Shown here piece after piece: positions 24,160-37,900 of a stretch of 47,999 nt of DNA (its first letter is position 1; each line of letters begins with the position of its first letter). Made by a program: the position numbers and the translations under genes. Origin of the DNA: Perkinsus chesapeaki ATCC PRA-425 (lineage: Eukaryota > Protista > Perkinsozoa); NCBI GenBank assembly GCA_013115145.1, contig JAAPAO010000243.1:1-47999 (forward strand), in the 5' to 3' direction. Under the pieces are notes generated by a model, which saw nothing but the letters and a program-made list of their open reading frames with translations, was not told the origin of the DNA and made no database searches.

Positions 24160-27100
24160 TCAAAAATTCATCTGGCTCCACGTAAATCTGCTCCAGTATG
24201 CGTTTCGTAAGTTCATCAAGTCATATCTCCCAGGGCCAAAACAGGCGGCCTCGAACGCCTCTTTGGAATCGCTTCCTCTACGTTACCCACCCAGCACTGC
24301 GAAGCCTACGATAAGCTCACTTGTCTCTCAACTGCAACGCCAACTGGATGATCTGCTCGACTTCGAATGGGGGATAATTCTGCAGCGTTCGCAAGATAAC
24401 CTAAAAAAATATCTAACTGTGATCACGGATAGAATCTGTAGGTGTCCAGACAATAATAAATATAATATTGCTTATATAGGCAACCAAGCATAATGCAATA
24501 ATAACTTATAATGGATATGTCTATTTATTGATATCAAATATATAATTAATTATTTAGTAATAATATTTTACAATATATTAATTATTTATTATAATATTAA
24601 TTTCCAGATACCTTATCTTATATGAATTAGGTTAATTAGATTGAACGAAAGGATAAACCAACAGCTGCTAGAAAACACGAGCTGTGCTATCTTGCAGTGT
24701 TTGCTTCGAAAGAGCAAGCCCCATGGTTGCGGAAGAATTCTGCCGTATCAGTCTAATTCTTTACTGAAGATTAATAAACAGAACGACATCGGCAGGATTC
24801 GAACCTGCGCGGGCGGAGCCCATTGGATTTCAAGTCCAACTCCTTAACCACTCGGACACGATGTCTCTGCTCATCCTCTTCTCCCCAAACTCACCGAAAA
24901 ATCTCCTGCAAGCAAAACTGGTCGGACAAGCTCAATCATAGCAGCGCAAATGTAATTAATGATAGCCACATGACCGGCCTTACGCGGGTTCGAAACCCGG
25001 GCCTGACGTCTGTACAAATCAGTGAGAATGCAGTCCCACAATCGCCATACCTGCATTGAGAAAATGCAAGATTTGCCAAGAGAGCAAGATTACGTCTGGT
25101 AAATACTCGAATTCTTGACTGAGTAAAAGTGTGAACCATCTGAAGGCGAAGTTATCAACCGAAACCTGAACGCGTACGATCACATAAAAATTTCACCACG
25201 ACGCCGCGGAGTCGTATTCCTATAAAATGTTATGGACCAACCAACCAGTCTGGCCCGACGACAAGATAAATAGGAAACAACCATGTCGGATGTGCTATAA
25301 GTTACCTTACGGCGGAAAATATAAAGATATAAGATTTATTCCTTTTTAATGTATGTCATACAATCGAAGCGCAATGTCTGCAGAATAGAATTAAATTGGA
25401 CATACGCAAACTGCACATGTTAGAAGATTAATCATTAACAAGTGATGAATCTATATACAACTGTGTACATAACGATACCAATTGGTTCACTCGAACTGCA
25501 TAGCCCGACCCAATAAAATCTCATTTTCCTATATATCTCGTTCAACATTGATGGAGTTGCTAACCAGTAATATTTAACATGTCGAAAACAAACCGAGTTG
25601 TATAAAACGTATATATAATTATAATAAGGAAATGCGATAAACTTACTAGTTGATAAATATAAATAATCTAGAAAAAATACGAAAAATAAGTGTAAAAACG
25701 ATATGGAAAAAAGGTGCAAAAATAATACATCTTATTGAGCTACTGCGTAATTACTGTTCGCAATAACGGGTAACGAATCTTTTGAAACCCCCTCACTTGC
25801 TCCTCTGCCATGTGCACATAGACCTCCCTATCAACAACCCAAAGCACCGCGTCAAATCTCTGCAGAGTTCCAGCAATACCAGTATCGCTTCGGTCGAGTT
25901 GTTTCAGAAAAACATCACGGTGGTGCTGCGACATAAGATTCGTCAGACAATAGAAGGCATCTGCCTCCGCCAATTCTGTGGCGCGTGACGATTGATCTCC
26001 TCCCAAAAGAGGATCTTGGCAAAATAACAAATACATCACCGCCAAAAGCTCATGCATGCCTTGTACGTATCTAACCTTGCGCATGCGTGCATACCAACTT
26101 TTCCCCAAACTTACCCAAGCCCAGGATTGAGGGTGGCATAAACGAACAGAACCCTCCCCATTCGATCGAAACTCGTTACCGGGTTCACAATATCGATCAC
26201 CATCGTACCATCTCCGAGTCGATACGTTCGCGAGACTGAAAATAAGGCATGGATGGTGATCGATATTTATTGCTACCAGCCCCCGCTCGATCAATACTGC
26301 GTTCCAGGCTAGCTCCCCGAAGTGTAAATTTTACTCCTTTGTCCCATTAAAAAGCAGCCTTTGTCCACTTCCTTCCCGCCTTGTGTTCGTCCGTATGCAC
26401 ATAGAACAACGATCGACAGTGTTCCATCCAGCCTCATGAACGCGTCGCAATCAATAGCAATTTCGGTGGAAAATATCCACTATCAACAGTACTTTGAAAT
26501 TTTTTGATGCACCGAACGAAAACCTATAACGAGTGACTAAGAACTCAAAATTTGCACTCAAGCACTCCTTCGGACACTGCGAAATTATTCAACTACTATC
26601 TTCCAAAATTTTCCCAAACTTCTAGGCTCACCTTGAGCCATTGCCTTCATCCTATCATCATCAAGCATCGCCGATTCCGGCCGAGTTCGATACACATCTT
26701 TATTAATTTGATCCAGCAATGACACAACTTCCGCCAGCTCCCTGTCCCCATCCGTCAGCGTATCTTTTCTGGCCAGAATCTTCCTAGCTTTTTCGATTAC
26801 CTCTCGCCGAGCAATCACAGTATCATGAACGAATCCAGAATTCTCATCAAAGTAATTTCTCCTTTCCTCCTCCAACGTCAAGTCCCACTCTGTTGATCTT
26901 TCCGGCAGATAACCCAGGAGTATCTTCCAAACCGTAGAACGCAAGCTTGGACCTCCAAGTCCCAAATCCGTCCGAAGACACTCGTTTCGGAGGTCATTCA
27001 TGTTTATATTGCCTTTCGAGTCACCGCGTAATGTCGCCAAAATTTTCAGAATTTTGTCAAAGTCAATTTGCCGCTGCTCAGTGTAGCTCCTTCGACTCCC

Positions 27101-27229
27101 CAAAAGGAATCGATTCGATTCCATAATAACTCTGGCCAGCAAATCGAGTGAATCACCAACATCAGTATTCCCGACATTTCCAGGCGCGCAAGAATTACTT
27201 GTCGATGGGCATTTATCAGATGGCTGCAT
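24160..27229 (-). CDS. TBC (Rab-GAP) domain protein, TBC1D13-like
   Basis: LRSTVWKILLGYLP; LLDQINKDVYRTRPE; YVQGMHELLAVMY..AEADAFYCLTNLM; WFTLLLSQEFEYLPDV; VWRLWDCILTD..YICAAMIELVRPVLLAGDFS|VILRTLQNYPPFEVEQIIQLALQLRD. Last exon and stop are approximate. Confidence 0.92.
24784..24865 (-). tRNA. tRNA-Ser(TGA), sense orientation within a TBC-gene intron
   Basis: GACATCG/CGATGTC acceptor, TTGGA-CTTGAAA-TCCAA anticodon arm, long variable arm GGGC-TCC-GCCC, GCAGG-TTCGAAT-CCTGC T arm. Starts 29 nt after the GTGAGT donor at 24894. Confidence 0.97.
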
Positions 27230-27536
27230 TCCAACTGATTCGTCTCCAGTGACCCCAACCGGCTCCCTCCAAAAATTGATCACCCAACTTCAACTTCGCA
27301 TTTCCCTCAGTTATACAATAAAATGCATTTTCCTCGAATTTGAGTTCAACGTTTTTTAATTTTCATTCGATCTTGCGGTTTTCCCAATTTTTCCATTTTT
27401 TCCACAACTGCTGCCCACAGCAATTTTTCCTTTCCAGATCCTGCTAGTTCTAAATTTCGCCCATTAAAACACTCAAACCCAAAACCAGCTTTCCAAGTAG
27501 GAAATCAGAAATTATTCTGTCGGGTAAAATTTTTTC

Positions 27537-30500
27537 TCAAACTTTTCCGCTAACGTGTGACATTCTTCTCAACGCAGATGCCAGCACAGCAACAACCGTC
27601 ACGCTCAATGCCGCCCCGACAAATAGGACATCTGCCGGTTTCTTCTCTCTTATCGCATTTTCGTGCTCCGCCCTAGCAGCACTCTCCGCGGCGATGCGCG
27701 AACTGCTCGGCACCGCTGGCTGAAGACTTGAACCATCAATAGTCATGTCTGCGGTGAAGTCGATCAAAGTGGTATCTACAGTGCAGATATGACGCCGTTT
27801 GATATACTGTATTATATGGATCTAAAGATATAGGTAAAAAATTATACATTCAGTAGTATTGACTACATTCCCTACACCACACTGCTCACTTATATATAAT
27901 TAGAATATTCATTAATAAAATTTTTATTATACAGTTCGACGACACCCCTACACGCAATCGTCCAACCTTTCACAAATACTATTTTTTAATCGCTTCTCGC
28001 TACTCTCCCTATCGTCTCGGCAAACTGCTAAATGGCAAATATTATATTCAGAAACTGCCATGGTCCAAACTAGTATAGAGCTGGGCCGAGGGCAGACTTT
28101 CTGTACCATACAATACCAGAGGTAGGCTAAGCTACTAGTACTATACTACTAACATAAGTACGCATGCTTGTCCGGCGACAGGCAATTGGCACCTGTTGCG
28201 CTACATTTTTACTATGTACTAAACTAGGTTTTCCTTACAGTACGCACAATCTAAAGACCCAGTTTCGTGTGGCGGGCTCCACTTCTTAACTATTGCTCAT
28301 ATCAACCTGAAATTCGGCATGGAAGCTTATCGCTGACGGATCATAATAGACAGTTATACAAAACGAAGATTGCGTAAGTAATTTACAACGTTTGAATTAT
28401 TTATCAAACGTACATACAACCGATTGAGCCGAAGCATTTAATGAACGTGAAATGATCTCACCGGTCGTTTCCAGTTTGCTTCCGCTACATTCCTCCAAGT
28501 ATCTTTCAAATGCGTCAATAAATCTAAGTATAATAATAATAATCCATTCAAGCGGTGGAGAGGAAAATAGTATATTATGAACCAACTAAGGCCTTTTCCC
28601 AGTGAAATTCCCGAATTTTCAAAACTTTTCGGTCCCGTTTTCGAACTTGTTTCTGCGAAGCTGTATGGCTCTCCGCTTCATTCGATTCGAGTCCCCGCGG
28701 GCGCGGGAGCGCGCTAGCCCACATTACTGGAAGAGATCCTCGACGAACCAACATTGACTGTCCTCAAAACCCTCCAAATTTGCCCGTGGATCAATTTTAA
28801 CATAGATGTGATAAAACATACCCAAGAAGACGGTAAACGTTCGAGCTGGTTACGGAAACAGATCACTTATGAACAAACGGCCCCTACATTGGCATCAATT
28901 CCCAAATATTTTCGATGAACCCTAAGAGCAGAAGCTACAAGTTTGATAAAAATTCAACATAAATCGACTACTACCCACCACGAACGGTGATCGGCTGTCC
29001 GAAACTTTCCGAGTCTGAAGATCCTGATGACCAAATTATCAGATAACCTTCGCATATTACGAATCAGTCCATGCTGTATGGGTGTTCAGCAACCTAGCTT
29101 CTCTCATGCCCACTGTATGCCACAATTCTCGAAAAGTCCGTTTCCGAGCCTTTTATACTCATGAAAGATATCTTTTCAAAAGACTAGTAAATATAACTCA
29201 ATTTAAACTCAACAGCCGGCCGACTCGCTCTGCCGGCTCAAAAAAGTGCGCCAAAAAATAATTAATTCAACCCCCTTTTCCCTTTAGTACTTCTTGTGTC
29301 CTCGAAACAGCTCAACAACAAGCAGTTTGTCTTCATTATTTTCACCTTCCTCCGTCCATTCCGCAAGATACTTCTCAGGAATGTTATGAAGCGCCCTTAA
29401 ATAGGCATACAAAACCGTGTCCATAAAACTCGGCGGTCGAGCAGCACTGTCTCCATTGGGGAAGTCTTCCCGAGCGAACAGAGGGAACTCTATTTCGATG
29501 TAAGATTGCAGAGCCAGCAATATCGCTTCCAACTAAGAAGAAAATAGGTAAAAAATGCCGCTCGGAAGTTCGTCAATGCGATCCAACTACACCTTTTCAA
29601 GATCTAATTGGTACAAGCCCAGAACAAATTAATATATTCCCAGATCAATTTAGTCAGCTCACTAATGCGTTCAAACTAGTCACAATAAACGGTCAATTAG
29701 GAGCAATGTTTCACAGATGCCCGGAGACGATTCTGAATTGGAATCTAATCAACGTCGTCCGTCACTGCACTCTGCAGAATGCTGATTGCAGTCTGACCGA
29801 GCGCGAGGTGGCCGAATTTTTCTAATATCTAGTTGACCATGAGCCAACCGTCTTCGACGGTACTCCAATTTACGATTGCCTAATGATCGGTTCAATGCAC
29901 CAAATTTGTATGCACTACTAAAGCAATGAAGAATCTAAACTTGCACAATTCGGAAGATCAGTTCTAATAATTACAAAAAATTTTAAATTTATATTTTTTC
30001 CATTGGAGCCCATTTCAGAACGATCTCCATCCGCATTCGATTGAAATCTCCATTTCGGCAAATTCCCGAACAGGCAAGTTTTTCGGCACACTTCTGAGCC
30101 TTAGCAAGAGCGTCAGGGTATCACTTTGTGGGGTATTGATAAATTATCAATGATATCAATGATATCAACAGCGGATATCAAATAGCATTATCAATGATAA
30201 TGCCGAAAATTATGATGGGATCAAAATCGGAAAAAATGATAGAAATAAGAAATTTTCCAGACACCGTCCCAGGAAAATTATTGTAAAATTATTACTTTTT
30301 TGGCCATTCGTCTTCCAGCTGACTTCCTCTGTTCTTTTCCCAAAGTTGTAGAAGTTTCATATTTCTTCACAACCTCGTCGCGTCGTGTCCGTAAATAAAC
30401 AGCGTTGATCGGAAACGGAATGCTCCTCCTCAGAATTGGGACTGTGAAATCTTTATAACACTTCGAGTTCGCCCAGAGACAATACCTCAAAAAAGGCAAC

Positions 30501-31858
30501 AATAATCAATTTTTCGGACAAAAATTAATTTTTCATTAACAGTATAAGTAGCTGTATTTTCTGACATTCACTTTTGAGAAAGAAATGTTCTAAAAACGGA
30601 AGCTATCTCTACTAGAGTTATAATAAGTATTGATGAAACACAAAGAGTTTGTAAGCGGCACGTCCTGGTTGTTTGCAGTGGTTATCCATGAAAGAGTTTC
30701 TAAAAGGAAGTACACTTATATATACCATATCTCTGCCAAAGTTTTCTATACCACACTTCCGCCAAAGTTTTATATACCACACTTCCGTCAAAGTTTTACA
30801 AACCACACTTCGGCCAAAGTTTTATATACCACACTTCCGCCAAATTTATTACTCAATAGCATCCCCTATATCCTGCTCAATCCAGCTTGCTGCATTTCCA
30901 TATTCGAACAAATCATTATTATTTTCATCCAGCAACTCCACACTGCCATGATAACCAGAACTAGCCTTTATTTTCCTTAATCGTGCACGCATCGACTCCA
31001 AGATACCCTGCGCTCCCACAGACTCGCTCAGCCCGTCCAGGAGCGCACTCGGAAGGATTCCTGTTGAATGAGCCGGTTGAGAGGAATCTTTGAAAGATAC
31101 GTTCAAGTGGGCGATTCTGGCATAGACCTGAAAATACAAATAGGATTTCTCCGGTTCGAAAATCTCTATGGAGATTCTTCAAGGAGAATTCAAAGTCATT
31201 TCGACTGAGGATTTACCGCCGATTGAAAGGTTTCAGGAGTATCGAGAAAGTAGAGATTATTATCGATAATAGGGAGGGATATAATGCGGTTAAAATAATA
31301 ATAACATATTTATAAGCAATAATGAACGTTAATAGTAAACATTGATTCTGAATTTATGAGAAGATGCTGGGGGCCTTGCCGCCTGTCACTCATGCCAACA
31401 CGTATAACCGGAATTCCACCAGATGCTCAGACTAACTGAGCCAGCTACCACAGCGTTACCCCTATACTGAGTATAATCAAGCATGGTGGAAGGGGACAGG
31501 ATGCGCAAGAAGAAAAAATAAAGAGTTATATGATTGTAAGAAGTACTGATAGTAAATATTAATAATAATAAACTTTCTTCAGAAGTCTAAGGTTGAGACC
31601 GGACCATCAGAGGTGTTATCAGTGACACATCCAGCTTTGTCATAAAAAAATATCAATAGCAGTATTGATAAAGAGTCAGTGATACTAATTATTAATAATA
31701 TTCACCCTGTCATGATTACTTTTTTAATTCCATTATTAGAATAATAATTAATAATTTATTACTTTTAAAAGTATGACCCGCGGGTCCAGCAGAATCTCTT
31801 CACCTTTCTCATCGACTGTTTTCAGGTAATGAATGGACAATGCTTCTGCCATTTTCAT
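27537..31858 (-). CDS. Metaxin (MTX1/Sam37-like) mitochondrial outer membrane protein, multi-exon
   Basis: MKMAEALSIHYL..LLDPRVILLK|VYARIAHLNV..HSTGILPS; LPFLRYCLWANSKCYKDFTVPILRRSIPFPINAVYL (metaxin-type W..Y...PFP.N); PSFMDTVLYAYLRAL (GST-C-like); C-terminal TM VLFVGAALSVTVVAVLASAL. Confidence 0.75.
30735..30846. repeat. 26-bp tandem repeat (4 copies plus partial) in a metaxin intron
   Basis: GCCAAAGTTTTCTATACCACACTTCC-like units at 30735, 30761, 30787, 30813, partial at 30839. Confidence 0.92.
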
Positions 31859-33879
31859 ACCAACTTTTCCGCAGAAATCGTTCTAGACTACCAAGTCGAA
31901 CTCATTTTCAGCAATATTGAGCCCCGCTGTCCCATCAATTCTCATACCGATTTTTCCACCAAAAAGTCTCGGGTGTACCCCCTCTTCATATTTAATAACA
32001 ACTGATAGTAACTCAACAAGGTTCCTGTCGCCTTTAAAAATGGCTTTTGGTCACGACAAAGATCATCGAGTCCGACCTGGTAGAAAGGCAGCAGTTGTTT
32101 GAAGTCTGACTTCCAAAAGTTAGTAGACATCAGAAATATCCAATTTTGGCATGCTGGCAGAGTTACAACAGTTCAGTTTGATTTTAACATTCATAGAATA
32201 TGTGTCGATTATTACTAACAATATATTAGGATTGGATTGCCTCAAAAAGGACGTCTCGAAGCCTCAAGCGATGCTACAATTGCGAATCGAATCATATCCT
32301 GTACGCGTGCGCAGAGCAGTTGAGGAAATATAAGTGAGCAAGATTACTTGATCTTCCTTCTCTAATTAAATATCCAACCGGAGAGGATATGTAGGTAGAT
32401 TGTGACGCTCAGGTATCGCGGTGGAGTATTAGATCGATATATTAGATATTGTATATATAGTGGAAAACTGGCCACCACGCAGCCCTGTGGTCTTCATCAG
32501 CATCCTACTGAAGATTTGATTAATTGAAGAAAGCTTCAACTTCCATGGCTGGATCTCTCTCTCCTTGCGTTAGTTGTTAATTCAATATTATTAAAGGTTC
32601 ATTTATATGGTACGATTCAATATCAATCCGGAGACGGGGAATGATAATTACGCGGTAATAGCGGGGGGAGCGGTATGAAGGAATGCAATCGGGTTCGTGA
32701 GATGATTCTAATTTTGGGACGAAAATATTATTGAAGATCTGCCGTGAAATCACTGGCTCGATAAAACCTGTAGAATACAGGTCTTTGCCAAAATCTGGAT
32801 AGAAACTTTCACTACGTATTATGAACCTCGGTTCGCAACCGGTGAAAGTACATATAGCAATGTTCAAGATTACAAATGGGAAATTTTGTGTCGTTGGAAA
32901 GGTGTTTTTCCTACATGCTAGGGTGTTTAAATCGTAGTTAAATTGGAGGTGAAGTTCTCTGGGAAATTTATGATCCTTTTCAGTTTCAAGTGATAACTGA
33001 TCTGAAGCTCCGCGCCCGGCGACAGCCATCTGGTGCCACAGTACTGATTTTGGCGTCTATTGATTGTGATGGGGTGTGCGGGGCGGTGATCTTTTCGGTA
33101 GTACGGGAAAGCTATAAAGGAGTATCCAACAGAATTCTGATCAAGGAGAGCTGATTGCGGAACGCTACTCTGCAAGCGACTTTGTATTCATGCCCAGCTT
33201 CCTGAAGTAGATTTAGGTAGCACTAGTGTGATGAGGGGAAAACGACAAGACATTCGTACCAAGGGGACCGCATCCGGGGTAGGGTCCGCCTTGTTGGGTA
33301 ATTGAAGCTTGAGGACCAAATAAATGTTACGCAATTTTGTAATCTTGAAGGTTCAACTTCAGATTTTCCTTGAAACTATTAACTGCATAACTCGGGTATC
33401 GATGGGAAAGAGTTTATAAGAGTTTGAAATTGGAATTCGACAATCCTTTCTTTTTAATCTATTCAATTCCCCGTGTGGTTTCGACTTTATCAGTCCTTGC
33501 TAACTCGAGAAGGGATTAAATTCGCAGTGGAGCCAATTGGTCATATACGAGAAGCTAAGACAGCAATATCTGATGTCGCAAAAGCACGGATGGGGCAACC
33601 GGATGCGACCAGGCACAGAGATGTCAGGAGTGTAATAACGGGTTACGGATTCTCGAAAATCCATATGTTGCCAGTGTACTATGATTTCATTTGCAGCCTC
33701 TGATTACCTATTCGACAAATTGAAGTTTTTCTTCTCGTGAAAAGTTTTCCTTCGCAGTAACATTTTCTCTGTCATTCATTCCCTTACAAGGCGGATGATG
33801 TTTTCGGAGTGGTTTTAGGGCACTCAGGAAAGGCGATATGAGTATAATACTCATCGAAGAGTATCAGCTCTTATCACGT

Positions 33880-34250
33880 TGATGGTCTGTTCCGTGCAGA
33901 CTTCATGGAGTTTTCTATCGAAAAACGGGTGGCTTTATCAACAGGCAAACCGGTCAGCTGCCTAAGAGTCCTCAGGCAAGGGGGATGGCTTGCGCCAGGG
34001 CGAATCGTGGTCCGTCCCAATGGACGGTCTTCACTCACCTTGTCTCGCTGAGAGACTCTCGCAACTCAGTATACGCTGAATCTGGGACACGAATCGTGTC
34101 ATACGATGTTACGAAGGAAGTTGGTTCGTTGAAAACCAAGAGTGCTTCCAAGGGGGTTGGTTGAATAAGGCATGAATCTATCGACCCATGGGTTAAGGCA
34201 GATGGCTCCGGACAGGAGATAATGTTGAAGGTCTTGTGTTTTTGTGACAA
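33880..34250 (-). CDS. Exons of an unresolved hypothetical gene between metaxin and CDC45
   Basis: ..SYDTIRVPDSAYTELRESLSETR|(GTGAGT..TTAG)|QLTGLPVDKATRFSIENSMKSARNRPST joins in phase. Start, stop and family are unknown. Confidence 0.3.
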
Positions 34251-34986
34251 ATGTTTGCAAACGAAGCATAAAGATACAGTTGCCTACGCTGGTTCAACTA
34301 CCCAGGAATGCAACTTCTGGGAGCAATGTGGAAGACCCAGACTGGCGGGAAACCGCTGACGGCAAAATGGTGTAGGTCAAGAAGATTGTGTGCTACTAGG
34401 ATGCCTCGTCGCTTGGTTGACTTGATGAGGGCACTCTGTGAGTGGCTGGCTGCGCTGTCCATTATCGCAGAGTGAAAGGATGCTTTGGTAACTGGTAGTG
34501 AGTACATCACTATCGCTACGACGATCACATTTCGTGATCATCTTGTTCATCATCACATCGCAACGGAATGTGACATCCGTACGACGCCGCCGGACTTCAC
34601 CACATGCTTTAAGTGGTAAGAGTTTTGTGTAAAGCAAGAAGGGAGAAGGCTCTGAGCACATATTGCAGGAGCTGTAAGGAAAACTCTCAGCAAGATAGAT
34701 TTGTCATCTCTGATTTTACACACTTAATAGAAAGAACCTCCGCCACAACGCGATTGTGCGGAGGCGCCTCCATAAGGTGACAATAAGTTCCAATTGTGCA
34801 AGAGGAGATTTCAACATCTACGAGTACACGGATATCGGGGAAAATTGTTCCGTTATTTTCCGTCTTTGTTGTTGTTACAAGTTGTGTTATCTCATTTTGC
34901 CTATTGTGATGCACAATGCGTTTCGGCGTTCAAATGGGAATTTTCCAGCATCAACTCGTTCCGTTGAAAAAGGTCTCTCCTATTAG

Positions 34987-37900
34987 ATTGTAATGATCGG
35001 TTGTGGCTGTCTTGAAGATCTGGAAAGTATCCTGGAGGACAGCGGACTTGTGGCAAACAGTGGGAACTGCGATGAGCTTATCATTTATGTATTCGACTCG
35101 CATAGGTAGGGGAAGGGGTTGTACTGAAATGATGTATAATAATTATTCTAGAGGAAGGTTCAAAACTTCGTCAACAGCTTTTTTATTTCCGTAACATTGT
35201 GTAATTGCCGCAGATAACATGGAAAATCGTATCGTTCATTTGTGAACTGGGAATCGCTGGCACGCGTGAGAAGCCACTGAATTCCTTAGTTTCGTGGAGG
35301 CGGTCGCGGAACAGTCGGGAAATCTTTCCCTCGAGCTTGTGATGGCGGGGGACTGACCGATCTGAGAAGTGTTCCAGATGCCTTCAACTCAAACTCCGAA
35401 CCTAGATCGATTGGAGTCAGCTCTCCCAGGTTTGATCTCCGTTATCTCTGACTCGAGTGTCTGTGGTTTTGAAGTGTCGCAAGCGTATTGTTACTAGCAT
35501 CGTATAATAGGAGACCTCGGGCATGATCAGGATTGTTGATGTTCCAACTTTATGGAGACCTCATGACCGAAGACCCTAATGGGAAAATTTTTTACCGTAG
35601 ACAGAAAATGACGACTTAAACCGACGAGGGTTATTATTATACTCATAAGAAAAAAATTATTTCTACTATTTTATGATGTAGATTTCCCTCCATTCAGGCC
35701 AATACATTTAAATAACATTTACGAGAAGCAGAATCGTGTTATTATTATAGATGATGATAGGGAAGGGTGAGACTGAGGGGCACTGAAATCGACCTTGAAG
35801 AATCTTTTGAAATACTGCACCTCGTCGGGTGGATAGTCACGCTGCAAATGAACTTGTATCATAGCGATTGTGGTATTATGAGTAACGGCTGATGCATACC
35901 CTCCCCCAATCAGAAAAATAAATTCCAGAAAATTTTCGGAAGACTTATTGAGAGCGTTTAATCATTCCTGTTTTCAGCCTCGGTGATTCCGGTATACCGC
36001 CCGAGCCGGAAGATGACGAGGGTAAGTCGGACTGCAGACTGTGTCCCTGATGAGATGTAAATTTGCAACCATGTGGAATTCGGGACTAGCTTGCGTGAGA
36101 TGCGATTTTTAACTTTTATCGAATATTTTGTATGAACGGGATTTTTATGCTCCGAAACAGCAAACCGTTGCAGTTTGATCAGTACGGTGACAAGTTGAGG
36201 CATGAAGGGATTTATGTTGTCCCACAGAAATTTTGTGGGGTAATCATCGGTGTAGTGTAAAAATGTTTACAGTGTGAAAGTTTTCTCTAATAAAACAGCC
36301 GCAAGCGGTTTGCAAATGCTGGATTATTTCCCATAAGGTTCGGATTCTGGATCGGACTCCTCGGGCCGGCGATCACCGGGGAGGAGAGATCTGCTAGCAG
36401 ATGAATCAGATGATGGTGATGAGCTTTCCCTCGACGAAGGTGAGATCTATTCGATGTGAATAGAGAATGTTGGGAGATTTCAGTGTGGACTTCCTACTGT
36501 TGTAGAAGCCGCAATTTTGCGTCATTACGTGCTTCCTTATTATTATTAGAATTGTAATTTTCCCGACACTTCCTTCAGAATTTTAACCAAAAAATCAAAT
36601 GAAAAAATATTTCAAATGGGGGAAATAGTTTTTTCTATGAAGTTCATTTTCCAGATCGTCGAAGGAAGCGGCCGAGAGTTGGTGGAGGCAGTGGGAATAC
36701 ACCTGACCCCAAGCAAAGACGAATTGAGAAACGAGAACAACGTGAAGCTATGACAGAAGTGTAAGCGGTGCTGCAACATTCTTCCAGGCTTTCTTGGTCT
36801 TCCAGTTGGTGCCCAGAACGCTTGGTCGAAACATTCCAACATTCTGCACACTTTTGCGATAAATTTTTAGTGGGTTATACTTCCACTAACTCAAAAAAGT
36901 GAAATATGAATGGCCTGCTGAATTTCCGCAGTTCTGTAGGACGGAAAATTGCGCAGGGAACTAAATAAGGTCACCAGATGTTAAGACCTCTTAAATTGAG
37001 TTTATACACTTTCTTGAGACGATAGCTATATGAAAATCGATCACTCAGTATTCTTGCAAATGTCTATTTAGGTACTATGATGGCCACTATAGAACAACGC
37101 CAGCTTCAATTCTTTTGTGAGCTCATAATTTCGTGGCGCGCGGTCATTTTGACGGTAGGTATCGAATAGCGGCTGAGCAGCAACAGGGTGGGCAGTCGAG
37201 CTTATGGGCGGCATGTGTGGCTTTGGCGGGGCATTTGGGTGAGTTGGATGGAAGATGGTTTTCATACCGATTTTCCCACCAGACGCCGGACTTATGAGTG
37301 TACCACTTTACAGAGATATGAGTCGGCAAATTTATCAACAGGTAAGTTAGGCGGTTCTTGTCGGAATTGAAGTTCTTACCAAAATCGTAAGACTTGTATC
37401 TGGGACTTCTTGGCTTCTCTATAAGATAGTAATTAGGAATACTTTTCATCTTTCCAAGTGATAGAGGATAAGAGATTGAGGCAACACAACAAGCTTGAGC
37501 CAAGATGGCTACATTAGCGATAGACCTAAGCTGGCTGAAGGGTCTAGAGGAAGGGGTGCCGGTTAGAAACCTCATTGACATGGACAGGCTCATAGAGAGC
37601 TTCGGCCTGTGAGTATCCTCAAGTACTAAAGTAGACCTAAAGTACTCAAAGCGGAGGACTACAACAATTAGCTATGAGTAAATTGCGCACGATGCGAGCA
37701 GCCTCTGGAGATAATCGCTAATGTGATCTCGTAGCAATAGGATAATATATGAAATATTTTCAAGCTGCCCTTTACACGAAAACGTGCTCCTCGAAGATTG
37801 GAAGTCTCCCCTACTAATACGTACTTCATACGTAGCTAGCTGAGCTAAATCTATGCCTCCGGACTTCCGATTTCGCTGTATAGGATTCTACTCCTGCAGT

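Noticed and set aside
24966-25000. T-arm/B-box look-alike GCGGG-TTCGAAA-CCCGG
   Set aside because: It lies antisense inside a TBC exon (QARVSNPRKAGH). No variable loop or other arms, and no frame-preserving intron covers it.
27988-27998. ATCGCTTCTCG matching the 5' end of U2 snRNA
   Set aside because: Only 11 nt match and the following U2 sequence is absent. No spliced-leader RNA, other snRNA or rRNA was recognised in the window.
32577-33175. ALLDQNSVGYSFI resembling a retroviral protease motif
   Set aside because: Lacks the D-(S/T)-G signature, and no RT, integrase or LTR is seen nearby.
37144-37593. 149-aa minus-strand ORF
   Set aside because: Antisense shadow of CDC45 exons that have clear plus-strand donors and homology.
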